DNA of 64,000 bases from Chrysomallon squamiferum. Lineage: Eukaryota > Animalia > Mollusca. Below are positions 44,677-56,677 of the stretch, one piece after another. A program made the translations under genes and the position numbers. The notes beneath the pieces were generated by a model. The model ran no database searches and was not told the DNA's origin. It saw nothing but the letters and a program-made list of their open reading frames with translations. The stretch covers positions 20,584,001 to 20,648,000 of the forward strand of contig CM022679.1 of assembly GCA_012295275.1 (NCBI GenBank), written 5' to 3'. How positions within the stretch are numbered: position 1 is the stretch's first letter; every line of letters starts with the position of its first letter.

Positions 44677-47600
44677 TTTTATATATTTTTTATTTATTGT
44701 ATTATTGTTATTTTATTACTGATGTTGTTGTTGTTGTTGTAGTTAGACCATATAGTTTGGCATACACAATCTGTATGTGCCATATATCAAGAAAATCTGA
44801 AAAAATCTCAAATAAATAAAAATAAATTACTGAAAATAAAACACTAGTAAAACAAAAATCTACATTTATCTTGAATCTAAATGTTGAATTTATATGATTT
44901 AATTGTATCACACAAAATTGTGATCCATCTTATTTCATGAAGGCTAAATTTTAAAAAACTGATATGCTGTCAAACTGGTAATTGCATGTAATTAGCATAT
45001 GCATTGTCTTTTACAGGTGGCATGATATATTAGCAGAGTTTCCACAAAAATTAAAATCAGTGAAGCCACGAAAGAAATCTCTATTTAACAATAAAGAGAA
45101 TGTACAGGTATGTTAAAATAGTTCAATCACCTGCATGTAATATTCTCTTCATTATTACTTTTTTCAATTTTACTGCACTTGCAAACAAACAAACAAAAAA
45201 CAACTATTATTATGACAAATATCTATAAAATGTACTGAATAATGGCAAAACTTCTTGAGTTTGATCTGCTCTAAAAATATTGCATATTTAAATTGCAGTA
45301 TATAAATTTTAATATGATATAAGGTGTCTAGATTATTCGTAAATTTTTGTGCATATTAATATCATTTATATTTGCTGTCTATAATAAGTAATTTTTTTTT
45401 TAAATTAATATTCTTTTGATTATAAACTAAAAGGGAATATATTTTATAATTTTATAATTTTTTATTCTTAGATTGTTTAAAAAATCTTCATACATTATGA
45501 TTTAATTACACTTTGCCTGCAGCTCATAATGAAATTCTAACAATGGAGAATATTTTTATTAACATTTTATACTGATTTTCCAGCATGTTTTTTTCTCTTG
45601 TTTTTCTTAGTAGAAAATTTAAAACTTAGTATTATTTTTCTCTTTAAAAATACAAATCATCAAAAAAAAAAAAAAACGTTTTAACAAAATATATATATAT
45701 ATTTTAACTTTTTTATTGTGACATGAATTCATATGTACAAAGTTCCTAATAGACTGAACATTTTTTATTAATTTTATCAGTTTACTATTCCTTTTTATTT
45801 TCTTTAAAAAATAAAAAATCTCTTTCTCTAAAATGAAGTAAGTTTTCAGACATCTTTGTGAACTTGTTGTTTTACTGTTACATTTAATAATCAAAGAGTT
45901 GTCACCAAGCAGAGAAAGTTTCCCCTTAATATCCCTTGTGTGTTATGTTCTGTGTGATACACGAAAGCTACTACATACCAGTGAATTATAAATATATTGT
46001 CTGTAAGGTATGAAGTATCTGATGTGTATATACTAGATAAAACTATTTTCATTCTCAGCCTGATGTACTGAAGGGACAGTCTATTGATGAGCAGCTCTCT
46101 CATGGAAAACTTGAACTGGGAAAGCTGCGATCTCGACCAGAAATACCAGCGTTTTCGACATTCCGTGGTGTGCGAAGTCTGAAGCATAAATATGATAAAA
46201 ATTACCAGGATGGGCTACGCAAAAGCAGCAGCCTTCATGACTTGTCGTCTGAGGACAAAGAAATGTCTGGTGGCTTTGCGTCATCACGATTCCTTAGTTG
46301 TTCAGGTGACAGGCTGGACTATGTGTGTGACAAAATATACCCTCTTGCAACAAAAAGCAAGATGCTGTCAGACTCCAAATACTCAAATCCTTTCTTCAGC
46401 ATTGCACCCAGTTCAGCATCAGCATCAACTCAAAAAACTCAAATGCTCCAAATGCTCCTCTGTTTGATCAACATCATCCATCATCATCATCGTCACTGTC
46501 ATCAGCATCATCTACACCAAGACGAGGATCACTGGATGATCGTCAGGGCAAGACGTCTGCCTCTGAGAGGTCACGACGTCATCGTGAAAGGTCAACAAGT
46601 CTGAAGGATTTTGGAGGTCATCTGTCACTGCCACCTACCATTGTCAGGTGTGACAATGTAGCTGCTGATCTGCTGCTGTTGCCTGATGACAGTATTCACA
46701 GTGGCAGTATGAGTGCCGATGAGACAGAAAGCAACGAAACTGATGAACTCAAAGTAAGTTGTTTAATGTACAGTATACATGTGTAAAGGTTGTTGTTGAG
46801 TACAAGATATTTTATATACATATATTAAATAATACTAGTTGATGACACTGTGTAATATATTTATTGATAGACTGAATTATTGCATAAATGTTTTACTTTT
46901 TATTTTACTTTATTATTTTAATTTGCTTCATTTGACCAAAATGTTGTCCTGCTTTGCTTGACCATGTCAGAATGGCTGTTTGTCAGTTTATTCTTTATTT
47001 TTGTCTGCAGCAAGCATTTTTTTTCCAGTTAATTTTCATCTGTATAGCATGATCTTAATTTGTTTAATAAACCTTTAATTTTTCAAACATTTATAAATTT
47101 TTACTACTAATTAACTTTTTTTAATTATTATTTTACAGTGCAACAAATCAGTATAATCAATGTAATCTCAAATATAAATATATTTTAAAAGTAAAATTCA
47201 GATAAACTTGATTCACAACTTGTACATGCTGATACACAAACCAAAATACACATACATATCTCACTCTCTCCCCTTCCCTGTCTTGCCCCTATCATATACA
47301 TACACACTTGGATGAACAAAGACAACTATAGCTTTAATTAAATATTAAAATTTGTTTATGTCATTAAACATTTTAATTTTTGTAACTTATACATTATTAC
47401 TAATTGAAATTTTTAACTATTTGAACAAATTTATATAAAGTTACTGCACACGAAATATCTTGAGAAATAGAATAGTTTGAAACTTAAATTTTATTTATTT
47501 GCTTAGTTTTTGAATCAGTAAAATAAAGTTATAAAATAATATAAAGGGTGTCATTTTAAAAAATCCCAAGAATATAGCAGAAATTTTTAGACTGATGAAA

Positions 47601-50600
47601 AAAAATCTGAAGAAATTAATATTAAAATCTCAAAAGTTAGACAGAAGGTAGCTAAAAAACCCTAAATGAAGGTATAAAAAATTAAAAAAATTCCTATGAA
47701 ATTACTATAAAAATCACCAAAAGTTAGTTAAAAAGTCAAAAAATTACAGTACCTAAATCCTCAAAAATTAATACGGATGATGAAAGTTTATCAAAAAAGG
47801 TCCAAAGAGACTAATCTTAAAAAGCATCAAAGAATTGTTGGAAATCCTAGATGATTAGTCAAAATCCCAGTGGGTCAGTAGAGAGACTGACAGCCACTCA
47901 TCTACTACACACACTGTTTTCTCTACCTAGCTGTATGTTGTTTGTTTGTAGATGGCAAGGAGTTGTGAATTTAGTGCTGCCAATAGAAGCCATACATTAT
48001 GTAACACACCAGAAGCCGAGGCAAAAGGGACTAAATTTGAGGCAAGTATATAAAACAACTTCTAAAAAAAAAAACCCCATTAGATGTCAGCAATTGCTAA
48101 TAGTCTTGATCTTTTCTTACATCCAAAGATGATTGCTTTCAGTCTGTAAGTATTCTACAAAGATGCTTCTCCAGAGTTTTGAATAATATACTTCCATACA
48201 GCTTCTAGTTAAATATACTTCCATACAGCTTTTAGTTAAATGTACATGCACTAGCTTTGAATAAAATGATGATCTTGCAAACAACTTTTAATTTAATTAT
48301 AAAACGTTTTGTATAATACATTTCTGAAACAATCTGAATAACACACTTTCAAACAGATTTGAATGATCTACTTCCTAAAATATTTGAAAGATATACTTCA
48401 AAAAAGCTTTCAATAATGACTTTCAAAGAGTTTTTGATTTATACTTATTTATAAATAACATTCTTCCAAAAATCTTTGTATATTTCTGAAACCTTTATAT
48501 AACAATATTATACTTCTAACTAGTTTAAATTATTCATTCTCAAATAGCCATGAATAACATACTTCCAAAAAGAAAGCTTTGAATAATGTAAATAATTAAT
48601 GCATTCCCAAAAATCTGTGAAATATAAATACACCTTTACAATCAAATAAATAAAATAAAATAAATAATATCAAAAGAAAGTTGAAAAACAAATTTAAACC
48701 AGACAAGAGAAGAAAAAGAAATAAAAAGTTTCTTTTTTTTCTCTCTCAAAGTTATAAAATAGTGTTAACAATACATGAACTTTACTTATTTATTTATTTA
48801 TTTATTTATTATACTAACATAGCAGAAAAATTCATCTTGTTAACATATTAACATTTTTAATTATTATTTCTTGTATATTTTTGGTTAATAAAAATGTGCA
48901 TGATTTAGAAAAGGAAGTTGTATTATTATTTATATTTTATTTTGTTCTTACTGAAGATTTCCTTTGTTGCTTTTATAATCTGCTTGCATCTTTGTACTGT
49001 ATTATTCATTAGTGTACTACTTTTCACTATATCAAATTAATTTATATTCCTCATCCTACCTTAAATTAGTGTTTTCTTTATATATATGTGTGTGTATATT
49101 TCTATCAGCAACAATAAAATTATGATTTATAGTCACCTAATTTTAGTATCAGGTCTGCATTCTTGTTACACTTCTGTACAAAGAAATAATAAGTTCAGTA
49201 CATATAAATGTTGGTTTTCAGTTTATGTAAAGACAGATGTTCTATGAGTACAGACAATTTTTAGTAGTCATGAAGACAGATATAATCAATATTTTTTGTG
49301 AAAGGTAGTGGAACAAATTGGAACATGTGGTTGAATAAATCTGTGCACAAACATCTAAATACTATCTTTGAATTTTACTCAAAAACACTTTGGATTTTTG
49401 TTTCAACCTGGAACATTTATTCTTAAATCATTTTATTAAGGGAAGGTCTTAGTATAGTCTGTTGCTTGTTGACCAGTTCCAATGTGTTAATGCAAACAGA
49501 AAATAAATATTATTTAAGTCAGTCTTTTTATTTTACTTTGTTTTGAAATTTTAATGACAGGATCTGGTTTACATGAAGAAAGGATGGTTAATCAAACAGG
49601 GAACATCAGACAAGGTAAGTTTTGTTATAATGGGGAAACTGAATTTCTGCTTGTTTTGATTAATGAATACTGAAAGTTTACCCATCATGTTAACAACATG
49701 TCAGGGTTTCATTTGGTTCCTGGTACCAGATAAAGGTGGTAAAACAGTATGACCAATCACAAGGATAAAGGTTGCCTGTTACATTAAGAATATACAAAAT
49801 TACATATATTATTCCATATGATTATTTTTATACTTGTACTTGATACCATCCTTAGCAGATTATAAAAAAAAAGTAATTACAAGGACAAAGAATGCCTGTT
49901 ATGTTAAGAACACACATGTATGATTATTATTTAATTACAAATTACTGAAGCAGGCTTCCTTATAATGCTTCTATTTAAACCGTGCTGTTGGAAAAAAGTT
50001 TAAAAAAAAAATGATGTAAGTGAATGAAGATTCATTTTCCTGATAACTCTTTAAATATCAGAAAATATGAAAATAATGATTGTAAATGAAAAGACATATG
50101 ATAAAATGAAAATCACATAATGTTATAATAAACATGTAGGCAGATAGTAGATAAGTGAATACTGATGTTAGGAATAAAGAAACTTCTTTGTATTAGTCTT
50201 TATTTAAAATAATGTAAGGGCATCAGATTAATGCTTCAGCTATTGAGAGATGATTGTATAAAAGTTGTTTTAAAAATTTCTGTTCATGCATCTATCTTCA
50301 GTTTCTGAAATGTTGATGATAAGCTGCATAAATGTCTGCATGTATATACCTCCTTAGTTTGTGAAATATTGATCTCATGTGCACACACACACCATGGAAA
50401 AACTTCTAAAATGTCTGCAACAAATTTTTTTTTTTTTTTTTTTTTTTACTCAACAGGAGGCAAGAAAACACTGGTTTGTCCTGGCTGGGAATTCTCTCCG
50501 ATATTACAAAGATGCTAAAGCAGAAGATGCCAATGACCTGGATGGGAGGATTGATCTGTCCACCTGCTATGAAGTGTCTGAAATAAATATCCATCGCAAC

Positions 50601-53443
50601 TATGGCTTTAAGATCAAGGTCACTGACTGTTTTTTGTTTTTTTCATGATATAGATGGGTGATAGATTTAATTACAGTGATAATAATCTTAAGGATTTGTC
50701 ATCATAATGGATGTTGGTCTAAATGTATAGCAGACAACAAATATAACTAATCTCAGGGTTTGTTTAACCTTCAATCAAAATAAGCATGAACTTAGAGCAT
50801 TAAGGGAAGGGATACCACAGAAATTCTCCATTGCCAGGTTTACATGGACTATACATTACTTACTATACAAACATAATACACAATAATAAAAATAATTATA
50901 AAAATAATAATAAAATAGTAATACATAGTAAGGTTTACTTAATAAAAGCACATGCATTGAAAATACAACATGTGATTTGTATTGAACAACTGAATGTGAG
51001 TAAAGCCTGTTTAAAAATAAAATTGATTAAAAAGAAAACAAATAAGAAAACAACAAACAAAAAAAAAAAAAAACAAAAAGAAAGAAAAAGAACCTAAAAA
51101 AGAGATAAATTAAGAATGGAAAGATATTTTAGTTTTTTAGGTTCTATTTTTATTTTTTAACTAATAATGTAATGGAGTAGTAACGGACCGAAAGTCAGTA
51201 GCTTTAAGTAACTTGATAACCAAATTTAATTATGCATGTATCATTAAGATCAGAAGTCTTGCCAGTGATGTAATTGTGTTTGTGTATGACTGATTTATAA
51301 CAAACTGAAGATCCAAGTGATACACAATTTTTCTTGGCTTTGTCATGTTTAAAAAGAAATGTTACCAAAATATCGCATCTGATAAAAACTATGAAAAATA
51401 GTACAGATATGAATCATGAATACTTTTGAAAGTAAACTGCATATCATTATGTTCCCTGTTAGAAGGTTTTGAATAACATTATAACCTTAGAATTTTAGAT
51501 TACTGTTACAAAATTTATCCTTTGTGCAGAATATTTTAATGGTTGAAGACGAAAATTTGTACTGATGAAATGTGCCTTAATTGTATCATTTGAAAACCTT
51601 CCTGAAATGGATAATATTACATAATAACACTCATATAAAATCTTTGTTTTTATATGTGTAAGAATAATAGACATTCTGATAATGACAAAAGGGTTAAAAA
51701 CTATTTTTATTTTGATCTTACTTAGACTCAGAATGGTCAGTACATTCTGGCTGCCATGACCTCAGGAATACGCAATAACTGGATGAAAGCAATCCGACTG
51801 TGCATGGACCTCCACAGCTCATCTAACAAACACAGCCTAGCTGGTGTCACTGGCACAGCTTTGTCTGGTGTCACACCTCGCACTGTAGATGACCTTCAGA
51901 TCAGTGACATCAGCAGTTCAACAACAACAACAGCAGTGACAGCAACGACCGGAGAGATGGCATTTCAGTTAACAGGAAGAAAAGAGACAAAGAAGGACAG
52001 TAACAAAAATGCCAGACGCCATCATTCTGATGTGAACCCAGGAAATGTGAGCAAAGTTCTGACAGTCAAAGAGTTTACTGCCAACTTGGACTCAGTGAAT
52101 CCCACCTCTTCCTCCTCAACAACCAGTAGTCACAGTGTGGAAAGTGACCAGGTTTCTCAGCACAGTGATGCATCATCAGTCTCTGCTGATTCTGTTAAAA
52201 GCTCTCCGCGATCTTCCAGAGTGTCCAAGATCCCTCGCCATCACAGTCCTTCTTCAAACATGAGCTGGAACAGCTCTGATGAAATGCCTCTCAGTCGCTA
52301 TGTTGAAGGAAGCGACAACCTGCCAGTGTCCATATCAACAGCTGACTCCAGTCGAGTGTCCAAGCGCAGCATCACCAGTGAAAGCAGCAAGGAAGAAGAA
52401 AAGAGACAGCTGATGAGAAGAGCCAAGTCTCCTAGTGCTCGCATCAAGGAGAAGACGAGGGCAGCCAAGGCTCCTCGCCTGCACTCGCCGCCTCCTATGG
52501 AAGACACTTACCAAATGAGTTTGTCAGGATCCAGTAAAGACACATACTCTGGGGAAGCTGAGTCTGTCAGTTCTGATGAGGTGGACATTGGTGATCACTG
52601 CCATATATCTCAGGTTAATTAAATGTTATATCTCAAGTTTTGTGTAAGATTTAATTAATGCTTATTTATTTTGTGTTTGTGTAGATAGACAGACAAACAG
52701 GGAACACTGATACAGATACAGATAAAGTTATACACACACACGTGTGTGTGTGGACTATAATTATTCAGGTATTGGGAATAGGCATGTATATAGATATATA
52801 TTTATTTATTCTTGCATTTGAATAATTAATTTTCATAACGTATTGAGGGAGAATAGTTTAACTTGCTTCTATGTTAAAATTTTAATTATATATATACATT
52901 TACTGTCAATTCTAGAATAATTAATTTTAGGAAAAAAATTGTTTTATTTGAAATATCATTTAACATTAATAACAAAAACCTTTACCTTCAGTATTTGAAG
53001 AATAATGTTTTTAATCAAAGTTTAAATAAAATAACATGAATATTGTGCATTTTTTTTACCTAGGATCAGTTTCATGATCAGTTGCAACATGACACCATGA
53101 TGGCTGGAATGTCTTCTGGTGATGATGTTTTGGTGGAGATTTTAGAAACAGAGGTAGGTCTTGGTCTTCACTTTTTCAGTAACCTTTTTCACTACTGACA
53201 TTGTTATTGTCATTCAGTAGCAAACATTTTAACTATGGTAAAAGCAAATAGTAACCAGGTGTTTCTTGTCTAAGGAAAATGTGATATGATGTTCTGGACA
53301 CACTGTTATGACTAGGTTTTTAGTCACTGATAAAATGGTCACCTGCCAATTCAAGGGAAGTCACTATTATTGTCCGTAGAGTCGTCACTAAAGGTACTCA
53401 TGAGGTTAATTGCTGCTCTTGGCATTGTTATTTTTTATATAGG

Positions 53444-53495
<52 letters not shown>

Positions 53496-53911
53496 TTTTG
53501 TACCAAAATGTATTTTGAAGCTGAACAGAACTTAATAAAAATACAATAAATAAATAAATTATATACAAAGGACCAATGCACAATGGTTGTTAACATTATT
53601 CAGTTTTTGTTGATAAAGATTTCTTCAAGGGGAGTTAACTTTAATCCTTTATTCACTTTGTTAAAATGAAATTTTTATGGAATGAGATTCATGTATTCTT
53701 GCATATAAAATACACACATACAGACAAATAAATACAACCGAACAAACAAAGAATGATGGAATATATATCTAATTTATTTGTTCTCTAGGTGGAGTCACTG
53801 AAGGATAGACTGGAGATGTCCCAGCACCAGCTTGCCAAGATGCACGAAGATAACATAGATCTGAAGGCAAGACTCCATAGTGTGCATCGCGAAAAACCTG
53901 AACAGCATCAG
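21011..53911 (+). CDS. MPRIP: Protein outspread / MPRIP-TRIOBP family (N-terminal Cys motif, two PH domains, coiled coil), 3'-partial; join(21011..21121,42982..43062,43728..43793,44369..44520,45017..45107,46059..46753[1-nt frame deficit],49561..49614,50457..50618,51726..52613,53064..53153,53789..53911)
   Basis: Exon 1 [22 protein letters not shown] (cf. MPRIP CRKFQANIFNKSKCQNCF). PH1: [56 protein letters not shown]2: MKKGWLIKQ...[16 protein letters not shown]...[13 protein letters not shown]...RNYGFKI...[10 protein letters not shown]. Coiled-coil start [17 protein letters not shown]. All introns are GT-AG; no stop is reached in the window. Confidence 0.9.
26221..26561. repeat. Diverged tandem duplication (~160-190 bp units)
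   Basis: ACTTTATGTAAATTTG, CCTAACAGTATTTGTT and GAATAACCTAAATG each occur twice in the same order. Confidence 0.7.
29550..29700. repeat. Compound (ATC)/(ATTATG)/(ATT) microsatellite
   Basis: Directly visible. Confidence 0.9.
37395..37900. repeat. Degenerate A-rich tandem repeat (irregular ~70-170 bp spacing)
   Basis: Recurrent GAAAATGAAAAT and TTAACTAATTTAAAA blocks. Confidence 0.55.
44100..44340. repeat. (GT/AT)-rich microsatellite tract in an intron
   Basis: Directly visible; produces spurious low-complexity ORFs. Confidence 0.85.
48178..48620. repeat. Degenerate ~26-bp minisatellite
   Basis: Approximate consensus TTTGAATAATATACTTCCAAACAGCT recurs throughout. Confidence 0.6.
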
Positions 53912-54236
53912 GTGAGTGTGTAGTATTAGTTGTATGTCTCAGTAGAGTACGTTGATACACTAGAGTAATATCTTTTATTAACAGCACTGTATGGATATTA
54001 GTTGTATATATACAAGCAGCTTTTAATGGTATTTTAATGTGAATGTATTAATTGTTTTAGCAATGAAATGTACTTTCTGTATTAATGGTATTTATAATCC
54101 ATACCAGTATGTGGGTATTTTTAATACATGTGATTGATATTTGTATTTACCTGTCTGATTATCATGTAGTTATTATACATTCTTATTTCAAATTAGGATT
54201 AATTATTTCTGCGTGCAAATTGTAAAATAGGTGTCA

Positions 54237-54239
<3 letters not shown>

Positions 54240-54294
<55 letters not shown>

Positions 54295-54310
54295 ATACAC
54301 AGACACACAC
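54240..54310. repeat. (CA)n microsatellite (others near 7994-8051, 24518-24590, 25860-25897, 27231-27260, 39571-39602, 53447-53491, 54889-54953, 60154-60190)
   Basis: Directly visible dinucleotide runs. Confidence 0.95.
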
Positions 54311-54886
54311 TGAAATAGCTTTAGCTAGTTAGTGATACCAGACTAAGACATTCTGTTGATGATACCATAAATTTTTCTGAATATTCAGAATGCAGTAAAA
54401 ATAATCATCTCAGTAGGCACTCTTGAAAGTCAGTTTCTGAAGTAGTATATAAAACAGATACATACACTTAGACTTGCATATACATATATATACATATTAA
54501 TGTATGTTAATATTACTTGAATGTGGCATATATTGAACAGTTTGAGTTGTTACTGTAAGATCTGACGTGTTTACAGTTTCTTTGATTGTAAATAATAATT
54601 GGTAAACATTCTCACCATCTCTATCTGGTTGAGGGTGGTGAAAGATCAATTCTTTTTAACAGGCTGAACAAGTTTAGTTTTGTTTTTCAACTCTTGTGTA
54701 AAAGCAAATGTCTGAATGATGGATTGTTTTTGTGGTTTTGTTTGTTTGCACTTTTTAACAGTTTATCTAAGACTGTTAGAATTTCATGTTACAAGTCCAA
54801 GTCTATACTATTATTTATATTATTCATATCAATTTATTTGACATTTTTATCTTATTTACTGTTGTTGCTATTTATTAATCAAACAG

Positions 54887-54917
<31 letters not shown>

Positions 54918-55789
54918 ACACACAGACAAACACACACACACACACACACACACAGTTTTAATTTAGTTTCTGTATATTTGTGTTTGGTGATGGTTTCTTC
55001 AAAAAGATGTTTTTCATTCTTATTGCCTGATATCATGTGACACACTACGTATTTAAGCATAAAATGCTGTCACCTTTTTGTTTGAAGTGTTCTTGCAACA
55101 GCACTTGTATGTTTATAGTCTGATCTTATGGACTTTTTCAACAAGTTAAATTTAAAATACATTTTTTTTTTTTTTTTTTTTTTTAATTATTTCTTTGAAG
55201 CATATCTGATATTTTTATTTCATTTTCCACATATATATGTATGTGTGTGTGTGTGTATATATATATATAAAAGTCTGACAGAAGCAAACACAAATATTAG
55301 TGGTGAATGTATTAAATAATAGTGGTAAAGATCATATTAACAGCTAACAGGTTTGAACATCTAATGATCATTTGTAAAATAATACTATTTGTCTCTAAAG
55401 ATTCATACACTGTACTCTATATTCATAACTATCATTATAAACACAATAAATAATAATAAAAAGAAGGAATACTGTTTGGTTATACATGTATAAACTTGCA
55501 GTTATGACTGCAGTGTGCAACAGTTTTCATATTCATACTGCTTTTTTTGTCTTCTTTATCAACATTTTAATTTTTTTATAAAGTTATATTATAATTTAAA
55601 TGAAGTATAACTAACTTTTTGTGGTTCTGTCAAGTCTCAAATGATGAATGTGTGTTTACACAGTTTTAAGATTTATAATGAACAAAGCTGATGTTAAAAT
55701 ATATAAATCAAGCAGATTTATTCTCTTTGTCAGTAGATTCAATAACGGTTCTATACAAGTAGAGAAATATATAGAAAATATATACAGTC

Positions 55790-56677
55790 ATATTAACCTC
55801 AGCTGGTCTGGTTATGGTGACCTCAGGCTTCGGTTACATTAACCTTGTTATGTCATTTTGGCTGCATTAAACTTTGGTTACATTGATCTTCTTTTTTTCT
55901 TTATGGTTACATTAATTTGATTATCTAGTTATGGTTACATTAATCTTCTATGTCTAGTTATATTAATCTTACTTTCATTTTTGTTGCATTGACCCCACTC
56001 TGCTTCGGGTTACACTAACCTCATTCTAGTTCTCGTTATATTAACCTCACTCAAGTTATGGTTACACCAACCTCACTCAAGTTCTGGTTACACTAACCTC
56101 ACTCTAATTCTGGTTATATTAACCTCACTCTAGTTCTGGTTATATTAGCCTCACTCTAATTCTGGTTATATTTACCTCTATCTAGTTCTGGTAACATTAT
56201 CGTCACTCTAGCTTTGGTTACATTACCCTCATTCATGTTTTTGATTACATTACCATAACTTTATTCCCATTTCCATTTCCTTGTAATTTTATTATTAACT
56301 CACTCTAGTCTTGTTGCATTAACCTCACTCTAGTTCTAGTTATATTAACCTCACTCTAGTTCTTGTTGTATTAATGTCACTCTGGTTCTGGTTATATTAA
56401 CCTAACTTTAGTTCTGATTACATTAACCTCACTTTTGTTCTGGTTACACTAACCTCACTCTAGTTCTGGTTACACTAACCTCACTCTAGTTCTGGATATA
56501 TTAACCTTGCTTTAGTTCTGGTTATATTAACTCTCTCTAGTTCTGGTTATATTAATCTCCCTCTAGTTCTGGTAACATTATTGTCACTCTAGCTTTGGTT
56601 ACATTAACAACATTCATTTTTTTGATTACATTACCATCACTCTATTCCAATTTCCATTTCCTTGTAATTTTGTTATC
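55790..56677. repeat. 26-bp minisatellite with a superimposed 381-bp higher-order duplication
   Basis: Unit GGTTATATTAACCTCACTCTAGTTCT. The variant block GTAACATTA...CCATTTCCTTGTAATTTT starts at both 56191 and 56572. Confidence 0.9.

Noticed and set aside
46306-46399. 94-nt mini-intron to fix the exon-6 frame
   Set aside because: Removing 94 nt leaves 601 nt (3n+1), still out of frame.
46432-46438. Canonical -1 programmed frameshift heptamer A AAA AAC
   Set aside because: The register is wrong for the incoming frame (CAA AAA ACT) and no clear downstream stimulatory structure was seen.
46438-46604. His-rich peptide [16 protein letters not shown] as a metal-binding domain
   Set aside because: Out-of-frame reading of Ser-rich TCA codons; the -1 frame is the one that splices to PH2.
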